Shown here piece after piece: positions 50,331 through 62,316 of a stretch of DNA of 64,000 nt. The position numbers were made by a program, and so were the translations under genes. The stretch is taken from contig JAYWIR010000017.1 in NCBI GenBank assembly GCA_036172245.1, forward strand, positions 3,038,001 through 3,102,000. The letters are read 5' to 3'. The notes under the pieces were generated by a model. The model was not told where the DNA came from and did no database searches. It saw only the letters and a list, made by a program, of their open reading frames with translations. The DNA comes from Raillietiella orientalis (lineage: Eukaryota). The stretch's first letter is position 1; each line of letters opens with the position of its first letter.

Positions 50331-53300
50331 GAACCCGTGGTCCAAAGCGGCTGCCCCTCGACCAATGATCCGCCGTCCGATTTACGACGAGCGCGCCCGC
50401 GGGGACCCGGAAGCAGCGAGCCTCATCGTAGGGTGCCGTGAGCAGCGGGACGAGCAGCGAGGGGAACCCGGATGAGGCCACTGTTGCTGCCGTGAGAAAT
50501 TTCTGCGGAGAGACATGGCGCCATCTATCGGCATGCATCTCAGCCTCTTTGCGACCGGGTTGGGCGCGCCATTGTCTGATAGAGGTGGAAAGAAGGAAGT
50601 TCTAGTGAAGATGTGGATGCAAGCGTACCGTTCCCCATTCCATCCTTTCTCCTTCTCCTTCCTTCCTCCTTCTCCTTCCTTTTTCCTCTTCCCTTTTTCC
50701 TCCTCCTCCCTTATTCCTCCTCTTCCTGTGGATTCTGCCCCGCGCTTGCCATTAGCTGTCTTTCTAACTTCATCTTGTGGACCGCACGACCGGGAGATCC
50801 GCGGTCCCAAGAAGAATCAAGGGGCATTTTTGGAGCAGGGCGGGAAGCTAGCAAGAGACATGGGATCCCTCCGAAGGTGTCCGAATGCAGTCGGGGACGC
50901 GTCCGGCTCTGACTCGGTTTGTTTTTTAGTGGAGGGACGCTTTCCTCAAGTGGCCGGTTTCCTGAGGGCATCGTTGGTTCCCCGGGCAAGCGGCAGGATA
51001 AAAACGGACGCAGACTCCGAGATCAGGACTCTGGACCGGGAGCAGTGATCCAACTTGTGGCTTTGGGCAGCTCCTTCGGGATGACGTTTTTCGTCCTCGT
51101 CGGAAGGAACCGAGAAAAACGAGAAACCTCGGCTCCCCGAACAATCTCGCGGGATTCCAGCATCCCGTCTAGAGTAGCCGATCTCGTCGGAGTCAGCCGA
51201 GTGGCGAACCGGCAGGCGCAGAAGCTGCTGAACAGGAACGTCCTTCCCACGCAGCTGGACATTTCGTCTGACGTCCGACTCGTTCCTGTTCCTCCCCCCT
51301 ACTCTTCTCCCGACTCCCCGCCCTTCTTATTTCGTCTTCCCCTTTCTCCTTGAGCTGGAGTTACGCATCTTGTCTTCCTATCTGTTCGTCCCACCATCCC
51401 AATCCCCTCTCCCTTGACCTTGGTTCAAGTGCATCTTCTTGGATCTCCTTCCTTGCGTCCATCGTCATCTTCCAGACTCCGCCCGCAACGCCGGACGCTC
51501 CGAAGGATGTCTCCAGGAAGTAATACGGCTACCTGTGCACGCTGCTGGTAGCGGCGTCTTCGCCTGCTGCTCCTCTGACGTCGGGGTTGAGTTTCGTCCC
51601 CTCGCAAGGATTGCATCCCAGTGGAGGATATGCCGGGTGATTGAATCCAAGTGAAGGTGGCGCATCGGAAACGGCGGTACCCTTCGCCTTCTGGAGGACT
51701 TCCTGACGTCCTGTTAACCTCGAGGAACATTGCCCGTCTTCTGCTCCCGGGAAGGATTCTCCAGTCTGGACTCTTATCACATCGCAGGCAGTTGAGGGGG
51801 CACGTTGGAGAGGATGATTTGCTTGCTCTCCTCCAGTTTGGAGATCAGCAGATTGGCTGGCAAAAAAGAGACCAAAGGAGTCTTCGACCGTTCTTTGACC
51901 CCTTCAAAGGCTACCGAAATCAGTGCCGCCAGTGCTGGTCACGAAGGAGAGGCCACCGGTCATCCTCTTCAGCTCCTCTTCACGGATGAGTGGTTCTCAG
52001 AGGAAGGTCATGAGGGAGGAAAGAAGAAGTTTACCTGGTAGCCATCACCGAGAACGGAAGCACAGCGCCGCAATGGGAATCTCTCCACGTTTCTCTTACG
52101 TGATAATCATGCTTTATTAAAGATCCTGATGAGATTCGATCTCCGTTTAAAAGAACAGTACGAAGATTTAGGGATTCCACGCCCTTAATCTTTCCAAGTG
52201 GACCGCAGTCGACTGAGGTGGCAACTCAGAGACCGGTGAAGATGCGAAGCTTGAATGGGATCGCTCTGTTGCAAATCTTTTTATAATCGTGAGGGGGTCG
52301 AGGAAGAAAGAAAGAAAAAAAGGCAGCCTTCAGATGATGAAACACTCGATGCTGCGAGAGAGGACCGAGAGAAGAGCAAATCATCCCCCTTTGTGCCTCC
52401 AAGGTGAAGGAAGAGAAGGATGCGTGCACTTTGATGGGAATGAGGAAAAGGAATCTATCCATTCGCAAGATTCCTGTCGACGGATGCTGTTCCACATCTT
52501 CTGGAAGGGAACTTCAGTGGAGGAAGGTCAAGATTCTCTCGTCTCGCCCTCGCGAGCCAATGTGCGCTGGTACCGGCGAGCTGCCGATGAAGAGAGATCA
52601 ACTACGTCACGAGGGCAAAGGAGTCGGTTGTCTTGGAGACACCGGATCAGAGACAAATCTTTGTCGCTGTTTCCAGGGATCGGCGAGAGCGCCAGAGAGA
52701 TTTCAAGGGTGCTATCCAGTGCGGCCTCTGCTATACTCCCGAGGGAAGAAAAAGACGAGGCTGATCAGAGACCTCTACCGCCCCTGCGTGATGTCGTGAC
52801 GTCGTCGGGCAAGTTGTCCTTCGGAAGGTCGTTCTGCTTACCTCGCGCCCATCAGCTAGAGACAAGCTGCTGGCAGGTCCTGCAGACGGCGTAGCCGCCA
52901 GCTTGCCATCATTCGCGGTCTGATTCCTCCCTCCCTTCTTCCCCTTCTGGAAGTTTCTCAGGCATTTTTTCCTTTTCGTTCCTCCTCCCACGCCGGCTGC
53001 GAGGGTCTCTCCCACCCGACAGGTGAAAATCAGGGAAGGAACGCCCCTTCCCGTCGAGGCAGATCGGACAGGAAGTCCCTTAAAAGGAAGAAATGGGGGG
53101 AGAGATGTCTTCGTATCAAAGAAGATTCGATGGGTGCCGATACCCGACCAAAGCCCAAGAAGCAGAAAGGAGTGACACCTTCCACTTGCGTTCTTTCCCG
53201 GACTTCGCCGATCCCGCTGGCGACCTACCCAGGCCCCTTTCTGGTACGGAGGAAGGAAAATGAGCTTCATGGAAACCATCTTTTGAGATCAGCATCCCAC

Positions 53301-53449
53301 AAGCTCATCGTGTTCGCGCGCGCGCATGCCGATCTTGCGGTCGGGAGACCCCGCATCGGTTTTCGGAGAATCTTGGATCCGCCGGCTCGCGAACTGGCCT
53401 TCGGATGAGAGACGGTCACATGGGTCATCCGCAGAAGGGGTCTTGTGGA

Positions 53450-56140
53450 TGACCCATGTGGAGGAGAAGGGAAGAAAGCCACCAGTGCCTATCCTCAGAA
53501 GATGAGCTCCTGGGACAAACTCGTCTCACCTCTACAGGATCCCCCTGGGCGCAGAATCACCTCGTCTGAGAGGAGGTGGGCGGTGTTGCTTGCGAGCACG
53601 CAGGACCCGAGGTCGGCCTCCTCTCCTGAACCGCGCCTGATGAGGGAAAACGAAACCCTTCCCGTGCGTGGCCTTGGATTAGGACACGTGCTGCAGATTG
53701 GCTGGAAGCGGCCGGAGTTTCGCCACCGTCCGAGAGATGACCCTGTCCGGGAGGCTCTGCCGAGAAACCTCGATCCGAGATGGGCCGCGACGATCGGCAT
53801 TTTGGATCGAATCCTCCCACAACAGCCGATCGGATCCAGGGAATGCCGCTCTATGAGGGGAAGGGGAAAACAAAGGGGTCGTCAGATCATTCTTCAGCGA
53901 AGAGTAAAAGGATGAGGCGGAACCGCGGGGCGTTTCCGGATCATACATCTGCATCGTTGATGGGGTCCGCTTTCCTCCCCCTTTTGGGACCAGATGCAAC
54001 CACCACCCGGTCAACTCAGAGTCGGGATAGACCGTAGCTGCGATGGCTGAGGATCTAGGTTCCTCGACAGAGCCTCCCAGCACAGGGCCATCTCTCGGGC
54101 GGTGACGAAACTCTAGCCGATTCCAACCGTCACGCCCAGTGGCGGGTGCTTTTCTTGCCGAGAGCCGACACAGCAGGAAGAGGGAGAGCGTCCCTCAGGT
54201 GAGCCATAAGTCGAACTCGGTACTCTAAGGTGAGCAGAGGGGTCTGCTGAGAAGATGCTTCCTCCAGGAGAGTCCGCCCACGGCCGCAGACTCATCCATC
54301 TGCGTCCCGCGGAGACGTGGCTGCACTCAAGCAGCTCGAAGCAGAAGAGCAGAACACTGGGACCATTCTCCATAACAGCCACCCGGAAATGGCTCCATCT
54401 ATATGAGATTCGATGAGGCTTCTGTCTCCAAAAGTCTTCGATGATTTTTCGATCTACTTCCTCTGACTTCATGCTGACGTGTCCTCCATAAAACGTGGGT
54501 CCAGAGGCAGAAAGGTAATCTGCAGCTCAGCATCCTCTTCGACTTGGCTCTGGATGCAAGAAAGAGAGCTCCATCCCTTGCATATCTTTCCCGGGATCTC
54601 CTCCTTTTGACAACATTGATATTAGGGTCATCACAGTGTCGATCCCAGAGATGTCTCTCGGACGACTCTTCGAGCCGACACTCTGGGAGGCGACCCTATG
54701 TGATGTGATGTTCCAGCTATTGAGAGACGGGCAGGGAATTCTGATAGGATTCTCCAGGTACTCCAGTCTTCAGAAGGCGGAAATGACCTTGGTTCCCTCT
54801 TCCAGGAAGGCTGGGGTTCGTTCCCAGATCCTTCCGTTTGCTTCCACAACTACCACCGGTATGGCGGAAACAAAACTCCCCTTCCCCGTGAGGCGGGCGG
54901 AAAATGGCCGGTGCTCTGCAGGGGGCACTGTGGAGCAGAGCGAGATCGAAGATTGGCCTCAAGAAATGCTTCCCCGCGACGGGACACTGGGTATCCTGAC
55001 ACCGAAGAAGATCGAGCTGCAGCTTCGCTTCTGGATAAGGAAGCTCCACCCACGACGACACCAACGCTTTCCCTCGAGAAAACAAACTGGGACGCGCGGT
55101 CTCTTGCAAAGGACCTGCGCTCTTCCGGATGGTACATCTTGGGCGTCCACTGGACAGGAGCAACCGCCCAATGGAAACATCCAGGTGCTTCTCCTTCATC
55201 CCCACGCTCAGCAGAGGGAGGCAGCTGAAACCTGGGTGCACTGAGCCACTGGGTGGAGGAGCCAGGAGTTTCTTCGTCCCGTTCGGAACCCTGAAGGAGC
55301 CACCTTTGATGATATCCGGAGTGGCTGGGAGTGACGCCAGAGCCACTGTCACCCCCTTGGAAGCAGCGCTGTCCTCCCTATGGAAGAGGAATGGTGGTTG
55401 CCAAGCGGAAGGCAGTGCAGTAATTCAGTGTCCCCTCCCCGCTTATTTATTCTGTTATCCTTTGAGGCTGCACCACCAATCGGCTGGTTGTGCCTCCAGG
55501 AGCTTCAGCTTCAGGAAGCGAGCAGGAACCTGCCTCCTCCTTATGTATATTTATTGGTCCCTGTAAACTCCAAGAGTTGATTGATCTTCGCATCCCGAAT
55601 CCCTGGACCATTTATCTGACATAAAGAAATAAAGTTTATGGAGCAAGAGGAGGGCTGACATCTGCTGGCCTGAAACAGAACTACCACCAAGTGAAGGGAG
55701 AGCAGAAGGGACAGTAAACAAACAAATAGATGGCTGAAGGTGCGGACGGGACTCACGGTATTGAACGTGATCTGAGAGGGCCCGCCGCTGTCGGCAATGG
55801 GAGAGGGAGCGGGTCACGATGCATCCACCGCTGTCGGGGCAATTCCCCTTGCACTCCAAATCCCAGATTGGGCCGTCTCGCTATCCGCACGCAAGAGGCC
55901 CTCATCGTGACGGCTGCACTCTCCCTCCATTGCGGCGGCCAGCGCTGCTCTCACGTAGCTGGGAATCGCCAGCGAGGAGATGCCGGCATTCCATGGAGCA
56001 GGTCCTGTGGGGCAGCATCGTGGAACTCAAGTGTCCTCCACCCATAATACAGCCTTGCGAATTCCAGAAAACTCATGAGGCAGGGTTTCCAGCACCAATC
56101 AGCGGGTACACTCTTCGGTCGTACTCTTCCCCCTGAGGCG
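53450..56140 (-). pseudogene. Decayed PLS PPR relic with E/E+/DYW-like tail
   Basis: KGNCPDS..IVTRSLSHCRQRRAL, AIFRPPHGEG..SCGSKRKDL, WSHFRVAVMENG, LLECSHVSAGRR; E-like GSVEEPRS...YPDS..W...MYDP; GPSRIEV; DYW-like VSFSLIRRGSG...LLSDEVILR. Confidence 0.55.
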
Positions 56141-56649
56141 TAGTGGTAACGCTCCTCGTTTCGGGGGAGCGCACAGTGCGCCGGAAAGATGGCGGTCTGT
56201 TAATAACCCAGAGGAGGATTGGGAGCGTCAATCAGGAATCCGGAGATCTCGAAGTTCTCGTGGAGAATGCCAAGAGCGACCAGGAGGACAAACCCGTTTC
56301 TTCTCCCTCGTTCCTCAGCGTGGATCATGGAAAGATCTCCGAGATGATTCAGGGCATATCTGGAAAGAAAATACGGAGAGTTTCTTTACGAGCCGGAAGA
56401 AAGTGGGGTAAAACATAAATACAGAGTCCTTCCGTGTTCTTCCCTCAATGCTTCTGGCCTTCTTGGCTCTTAGAAAGTCACCAAAGTCCTTTCGTGTTCT
56501 GTCACCAATTCTGCTAGCTTCTCTGTCGCTCGGAACGTCACCAGAGCTCTCTAGAGTTTTCGTCTAGGACGGAAATTGTCCTTATTCGTCTTAGTCTTGT
56601 CCTTAACGTCGCGTAACGAGAGCAGTGACGGTGAGGTTCGTCAAGAACA

Positions 56650-58450
56650 GCTCTAATTTCATGATTCCGTCTCGGCTGAGGCAGAACGGTCCACAACCAT
56701 CAAGGTTTTCCAACTCGACCGGAATTCAAGACTTGGGACTTGAAAGAGAAAGAAGAGCTTGGAGTTGCTAGCAAAAGACCAGAATCTTTCTGAGCAGAAG
56801 AGAAGGCAAACATTTAGTGGATTCCATTTGCTGGATGCTGCCATCCATCTTACACGACACCATCTCAAACGGAGAATCCGTTCCCTTGCTTCTGGTCCGA
56901 TCCCCTCGTCTCCGGATCGCAAATGCTATCAGAAGCCTAGATCTGAATCTTCTTTTCGATGGCCAATCGAGTAGAACTGGCTTCCCTCCTATCACGGCAC
57001 ACAGTGTGCGGACCGGCAGATGGCGACACACGCACTGTGTGGGTCATTGCCTGTCTCCTTGTGACCCTTGCCTTGTCCCAGAGAGCGAACCTCAGAATTT
57101 TGGAATTGGCTGGTCCCTAAGAAAGGATATCGAAGAACAGAGCTCTCTCTCTACTGTTCCGATAACACAGATTGTCATGGACCAAGATGCAGACCGTGCA
57201 AGTGAGCATGCATCTGTTCGCGCAACTAGTCCACAGTCCGCGCAACAGTTCTGTCTCCCGTCCCAAGTGTTCCAATTATAGATTAGAACTTGCGAAAGCA
57301 TGTAAGAGGTTCAGAACCATACCAGTTTTGGCTGATGCCAATTTCCCTGGATTGAATGGAGTCTGCACGCATGCACGCATGAGGACATTACATGCACGCA
57401 CGCACACACTGATCGTGCACCTATTTTTTGTTTTTATCATTACTGCCATTATCACTATCAAGCACAACTTCATTGGAATTTCTTGATGATCATTTTCTTG
57501 GGAAGAAGAGAGGAACCTTGGATTCGTAGGTCTTGTAACCAACAAAATGGGACAGAGGTCGCTATACACCGTGAGTGGTCAGCGAAACATGCGGCATTCC
57601 AGCTTCCCTAGAGGCGGAATTTTTTGGAGGCCAAATTCTGATCAAAACCTATCTCAGTCAGTGGAATCGCGTGCTTTTCGGGTGCATCCTCAGCTCGGAC
57701 CACGGAGAGCTTCGGGAACTCCCACATTTTTCTTCAGCCACACTTTGATCAACGGCAGCTTCCACCGGGAGAGTTTTCCACATTCTTGTGAGGGTGAAGA
57801 GGCGTGGTCTCGGTTGGCTCATCTGAATCCCTAGGGACTCGTGTCGGACGCTCCGCGTACTTCCACTTTTACCGGCGAACTCGTTCGGAAGCCGTCCGCA
57901 GCGACCCCGCACGTTCGCAGATTACCCCTGCCGATCTGCTCTTGCTCCTCGAGGTTCATTAAGATGCACCCTCGGGGTTCTGATACTTTGCTTGACGGAA
58001 ACAGCACTTGCAATTCTTTTTTTCTTCTTTCAAAGAAAAATGGCATTTGTTTCCGTTGAATTCTGAGGAACTTCTGCTCGCAGTGAAAGAACCGGCATTT
58101 GCGGATAATGTAATTCGGCTCTGCCTACTTTCCGCCTACTTTCTTTTCAAGAAGAATGCCTGCTTCACCTCACGCACCTCACTCTCAGCTCTTCGCACCC
58201 TTTCTTTTAGCTATCCAACAGTTTGTGGTCGGCATGCCTGACGCAGGATCTGTTGAGGTGCATTCTAGAAGCTTCTCGGTCACCTGTCCCACCTCACCTT
58301 CCTCCCAAGGCCTCCTCTCACAGTTGTCAATTCAGAGACTGTGAAATCTTTCAACAGCTGCATAAACAGGATGCTGCCCAGCTTAAGATACAGGCAGCTC
58401 ATACCTTATGTTATTCTTCGTCAAACTCCTTGAAGACGAACTGACGTTTC
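56650..58450 (-). pseudogene. Probable decayed PPR relic
   Basis: EVREVKQAF, QIGRGNLRTCGVAADGFRT, DACSLARS, LIAFAIRRRG and DEGIGP. Confidence 0.4.
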
Positions 58451-59249
58451 CGCTTCCGAAGCAGACCATTTCGCCTACACATGCTAGAGCTGCCCTACTG
58501 CTCTCGAAGTAATCCTTTGACGCTGACTACAGCGACTCTGCGTTTGACAAGGATTTTTTGCCGTATACTCACTCCGTCAGTGGGGTCTCCTCGGCGCTCC
58601 AACTGACCAGTGAGGACGAATGAACGTTCCACAATGCACAGAGATCTTGAATTGGTATGAACTCTGCAACGTAGATAGAGTTGTTACCCAGCCACCTACG
58701 CTCTTTCAGTAACTATGATTGTGATGGTGATGATAGCAGGGAGTCTGGCTGGTGTCCCTTTAGTTTGTGTATGGAAAAGCACGGAAGATACTGAAGAGAA
58801 TAATAAGCAATCCCGAAATGTTATTCAAGTTAATATAGAACGATTGGGGTTGTGGCAACAAGTAAAAGTGGCATGAGCAGGCTTAATGATGAATTATTCT
58901 TAGGATTTTTATCCTGATTTTTATCCATTTATGGAACATTCCCGCTAGGTGGAGAGAGCAATATTTCTCGATAGTTAATTCTTTGGGTGCGGACCTCATC
59001 AGATTTAAGCATTGTGTGTTGGCGGCACGCGAGTCGCCGTGGCGACCTCTGAAGACGGAACTCTTTTTGTCTCGCCACGTGCTCGATCGAGGTACCGATT
59101 GATCTTACGTAGTGCTGATCAGAGTTACTATTGTAATTGTTTATTTACACCACATTAAATAAAGCATTTTCACTTTTCCCAGAATAATTCCAAGAAAATC
59201 AATAATTCACTCACATTTTCAAGATACCACAAAGATAAAAAGTAATACA

Positions 59250-60600
59250 ATAAATTGTATGCTCCACCGAGAAAAACCGAGAATACTTGGCGGATATAAA
59301 TAGAATTTTGTTTACTGTCGTTGCCAAGGGAATGATAAGAACGTGAGTATGCGCGTCCATCTCAAACGTGGGCAGTGCTGACTTTTGCCGCGTGTACAAG
59401 GCAAAAGCATTCGACAGACGCATATCTGCATCCATAGCACTCAAAGGGTCAAGAGTTATTTGTACGATAAATTGTCCCTGAATGGCTGAATATCAGTTCA
59501 TTCTACATCATTCACCTCAAAGGAATCTTCCATGACCTCAAACTTCTGTATGCTTCCGCGCATCTGTTGAACCACCACCAGCATTCCAGCTTACCAGCGA
59601 TTTTTCTGCACTACCATACCAGGAATCCGTTCGTGCCTCCTTACAAGTATCCCAGGGAGTAACTTCCGCTTTCCTCATCTTTTTGCGCCAACAGTGACGT
59701 GAAAAAGAAAAAGAAAAAAAAATGCTTTCCCTTCTAATGGTGTCCTGCTGTCCGGCTCCATTAAATCATCCCCAGTTTTGAGCAAACACGTGCAGTTTCT
59801 CCCCAAAGAGAGATTGCAGTCGAGGAGCTTCGAGATCACCGAAAGATCCCGACACGGAAGTACACCCATACTGAATGTGCAGTGGATGGAGCAGTTTCTC
59901 CCGATGTTCAAAACCCGTTCAACTTATCAGTGGTGACAAAGAGCGTCATATTTCATGTGGAAACAGAACTCCTTGGTCTTCAGACAGAGAAATAAGGCGA
60001 AATGCCTTTGGAAGAAAAGGAGGAAAGAGGGAGTAGAAACGCAGTGGATCGGAAGCAAAGACGGATGGATGGTGGTGTCGAACACTTCGACAATCGCAGA
60101 GCTGAAGAGGATTGCAATAAACGGGCACGGAGTACTCTCACGTCACTTCGCCGCATCCACTGTGCCGGAGCAGGCAGCTCCGCTCACAAGAGTTCCTCCA
60201 TGAAGAGCCAGGCGTCGTCAGAAATCAGGAACATCATTAAGGGAAGCCGTGCAGAGGGTCCCGTTTTATTGTATTTTATTTTTTTTTCCTTTTCCGTCTG
60301 TCCCCTTTGCAAAACTTTCCATCCTACGACTGTCGCAGCAGCAGCATCCGACATAGCTCGCTCCTCATACTCATTAGCGCGCCTCCTCCTTGCCTCACTG
60401 TTGAGAACTTTCCATTCGGTTGATACGCGCAGGCAAATTTGGATCTTCCGGGAGGCCGCCTGATCGATGAGAGCGCAGCGCCGAAAGTTTCCCGCTATCC
60501 GTGCCGAAAATATAAGGGAGCTTCACGGCTATTTCCCTGTTTGGATGCGGGAGCAAACGACGATGCAAGACTGCCAAGAGGCGCATATCTTCTGGCTGAG
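59250..60600 (-). pseudogene. Decayed PPR relic starting just downstream of U2 fragment 3
   Basis: SHRSGGLPEDPNLPARINRM...EEAR, NPLQLCDCRSV..SVF...QGVLFPHEI, GVLPCRDLSVISKLLDC..LGR and DADMRLSNAFALY. Confidence 0.55.
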
Positions 60601-60635
60601 AGATCGCGGTGAGAACGCAGAGAACGCAGAGAACG

Positions 60636-60668
60636 CACTTTGATCTTAGCCAAAAATCCGAGAAGCGA
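60636..60668 (-). ncRNA. U2: Diverged U2 snRNA 5' fragment
   Basis: Minus strand TCGCTTCTCGGATTTTTGGCTAAGATCAAAGTG, followed by a short (TGCGTTCTC)x3 repeat. Flanks are unrelated to the other two copies. Confidence 0.85.
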
Positions 60669-60679
60669 GCCGAGGATCT

Positions 60680-61800
60680 ATGCTCGTGAGAGAGCGAAGT
60701 CGGCCTTAGCTCCTCTTCTCTTTTAGATGACTTCAATCTCAAGTTTTTTGGGGGAGCGGTTATTTCCATTGAAGACCTCGGATCACTGCGTAAAAGTTCC
60801 AGCAAACGAGATACTAGGAGTCCGTACCGAAGTGTAGGGGAAGTGGTCATCGCGCGGTATCCAGGGGAAAATGAACCACAGCAAAAGGGAGAAGCGAAAG
60901 GAGCCATTGGTGCCTGTCAGGAATCCAGGAGGAGGGGAAGGGGATCGAAAATATGAAACTGCACATGAGTTGTAGACGTTTCGCGAGCCTTGAGGGAGAG
61001 AAAAGCGGGGATTGTGGTCACTCGTTAGGCATCGAGGAAGCCGAACCACACTCTAGGTGCTGGAGGAACCATCGCGTGGCAATCCCCGTCGCTTCTAGAA
61101 GGAACACTCCAGCTTCTTTCTGCATTAGTGCATGACCAGGCACGGCATCTTCCGACAGGACCCGAATGCCGAGATCCCCATGTCCCTGAGGTCGCTCTCT
61201 CTCAGGCTGAGGCGGCGAGCGCGCTCGTGGGACCTCCGATGTACTTGTTGAGGTTCTCGTTCCCCAGCAGGGGTTGTGAAATCCAGGACGCGAGGTCTAG
61301 TCGGCAGGGTTTCCGGCAGTCACTCAGGCAACTGAGACTCATCCGCAGCCTGGAGTGGCCTTGTGTTCCCTGGAGAAGCAGTCCGACGGAGTCCACGCCC
61401 TTCCCCCCCCCCCTTCCGAAGGAAGTTCCTGCGGCACCGGGGACACGGACTTGCTGCAGGACGACCTCGACAAGAGTCCGACAACTTCTCCACCTTGCCG
61501 CTGGGGATGAGGGACATGGTCTTGCAGGGCAGTTTATCTTCCTCTGATCCAGCAGCTGCGAGCGCGGACCTGCACCGGAGGAAATTAGGCAGAGAGACGG
61601 AAGCCAAAAGCACAGCCAGGCTGCGATGGGCCCCAGGAACATCCTCCTGGAAATGGCAGGGGGAAAATCCTGACGCCTGACGGCATTTTTATTCTTCCTC
61701 TTCTGTTCGCGGTCCACACTTTCAGTAATCACTCGGAAATGGTTCCGTGGAGGCACTTCAGTCGCATAGCAACCGTCAGCATGTGAGGTGCTACGTCCTG
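60680..61800 (+). pseudogene. Decayed PPR relic diverging from U2 fragment 3
   Basis: FGGAVISIEDLGSLRKS, VIARYPGE, AIGACQESRRRGRGSKI and SRGCEIQDARS. Confidence 0.52.
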
Positions 61801-61830
61801 AAACCTTGAAAGCTGTATATAACGCTGAGA

Positions 61831-62316
61831 TTTTTATTTTTTTTTTTTAATCCAGGGTCTCCTGGAACCTTTTATCGGGCTCAAATCCGAAACCCGCAAG
61901 GGAATCGCTCCTATTCCCTCCTCCTCTGAAGAGAATCCCGAAGGGACGCTTACAAAATTTCTCAGAAGGGCACTTCCCTTAAGGGAGCAGCATACTTCTC
62001 TGCACTCTGAAGAGAGACATCATCAATCCACCAGCTCCACGGTACGAGACGGAGGGTTCCCCCCACTGGGGGTCTAGTCCATTGCACAACTGGCGGGGAA
62101 CCCCGACTCCTTGATTCTATTTCCTGGAAGGACCCTGGAGGATAGATTTCCAATCCCGGCCACTCACAGGGGGCATCCGGTTTTAACCGCTACCGGTGCC
62201 GCACCCGAATAAATGGAGGCCAATTAGCGTCATCTTGCAGGAGGAACTCGAACCCACGACGCGCACCTCATCTCTCGGCGTCGATTCTTGCCTAGCATTC
62301 GAGCCCGCAATGCTTG
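61831..62316 (-). mobile_element. tRNA-derived SINE-like element, copy 5 (head interrupted by LINE L8)
   Basis: TTGCGGGCTCGAAT...AGAATCGACGCCGAGA...TGGCCGGGATTGG...TCCCTTCGGGATTCTCTTCAGAGGAGG. A-rich tail at 61831-61848. Confidence 0.72.

Larger units (their letters stand above)
46500..52000 (+). pseudogene. Decayed PPR relic(s) split by L6, SINE copy 4 and L7 (pieces ~46500-46830, ~48425-49235, ~50340-52000)
   Basis: GHSSARRVIQGHLPTR; IRCQSWEPEDA; GGKKEVLVKMWMQ, VFLTSSCGPHDREIRG and MGSLRRCPNAVGDASGSDSVCF. 51110-51700 has patchy nucleotide similarity to 14230-15030. Confidence 0.5.

Noticed and set aside
53260..53900. Plus-strand APE endonuclease relic (LDRIL, SDH)
   Set aside because: The motifs are short and in different frames. 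The minus strand gives an ordered E/E+/DYW-like series continuous with upstream PPR motifs. Not fully excluded without an HMM search.
54636..56140. Plus-strand LINE ORF2 thumb/C-terminal fragment (similar readings at 11500-12000, 22500-22760 and 50340-50620)
   Set aside because: Only loose GGLG-like resemblance, and for 54636-56140 no zf-RVT or terminal hairpin. The opposite strands read as PPR motifs.
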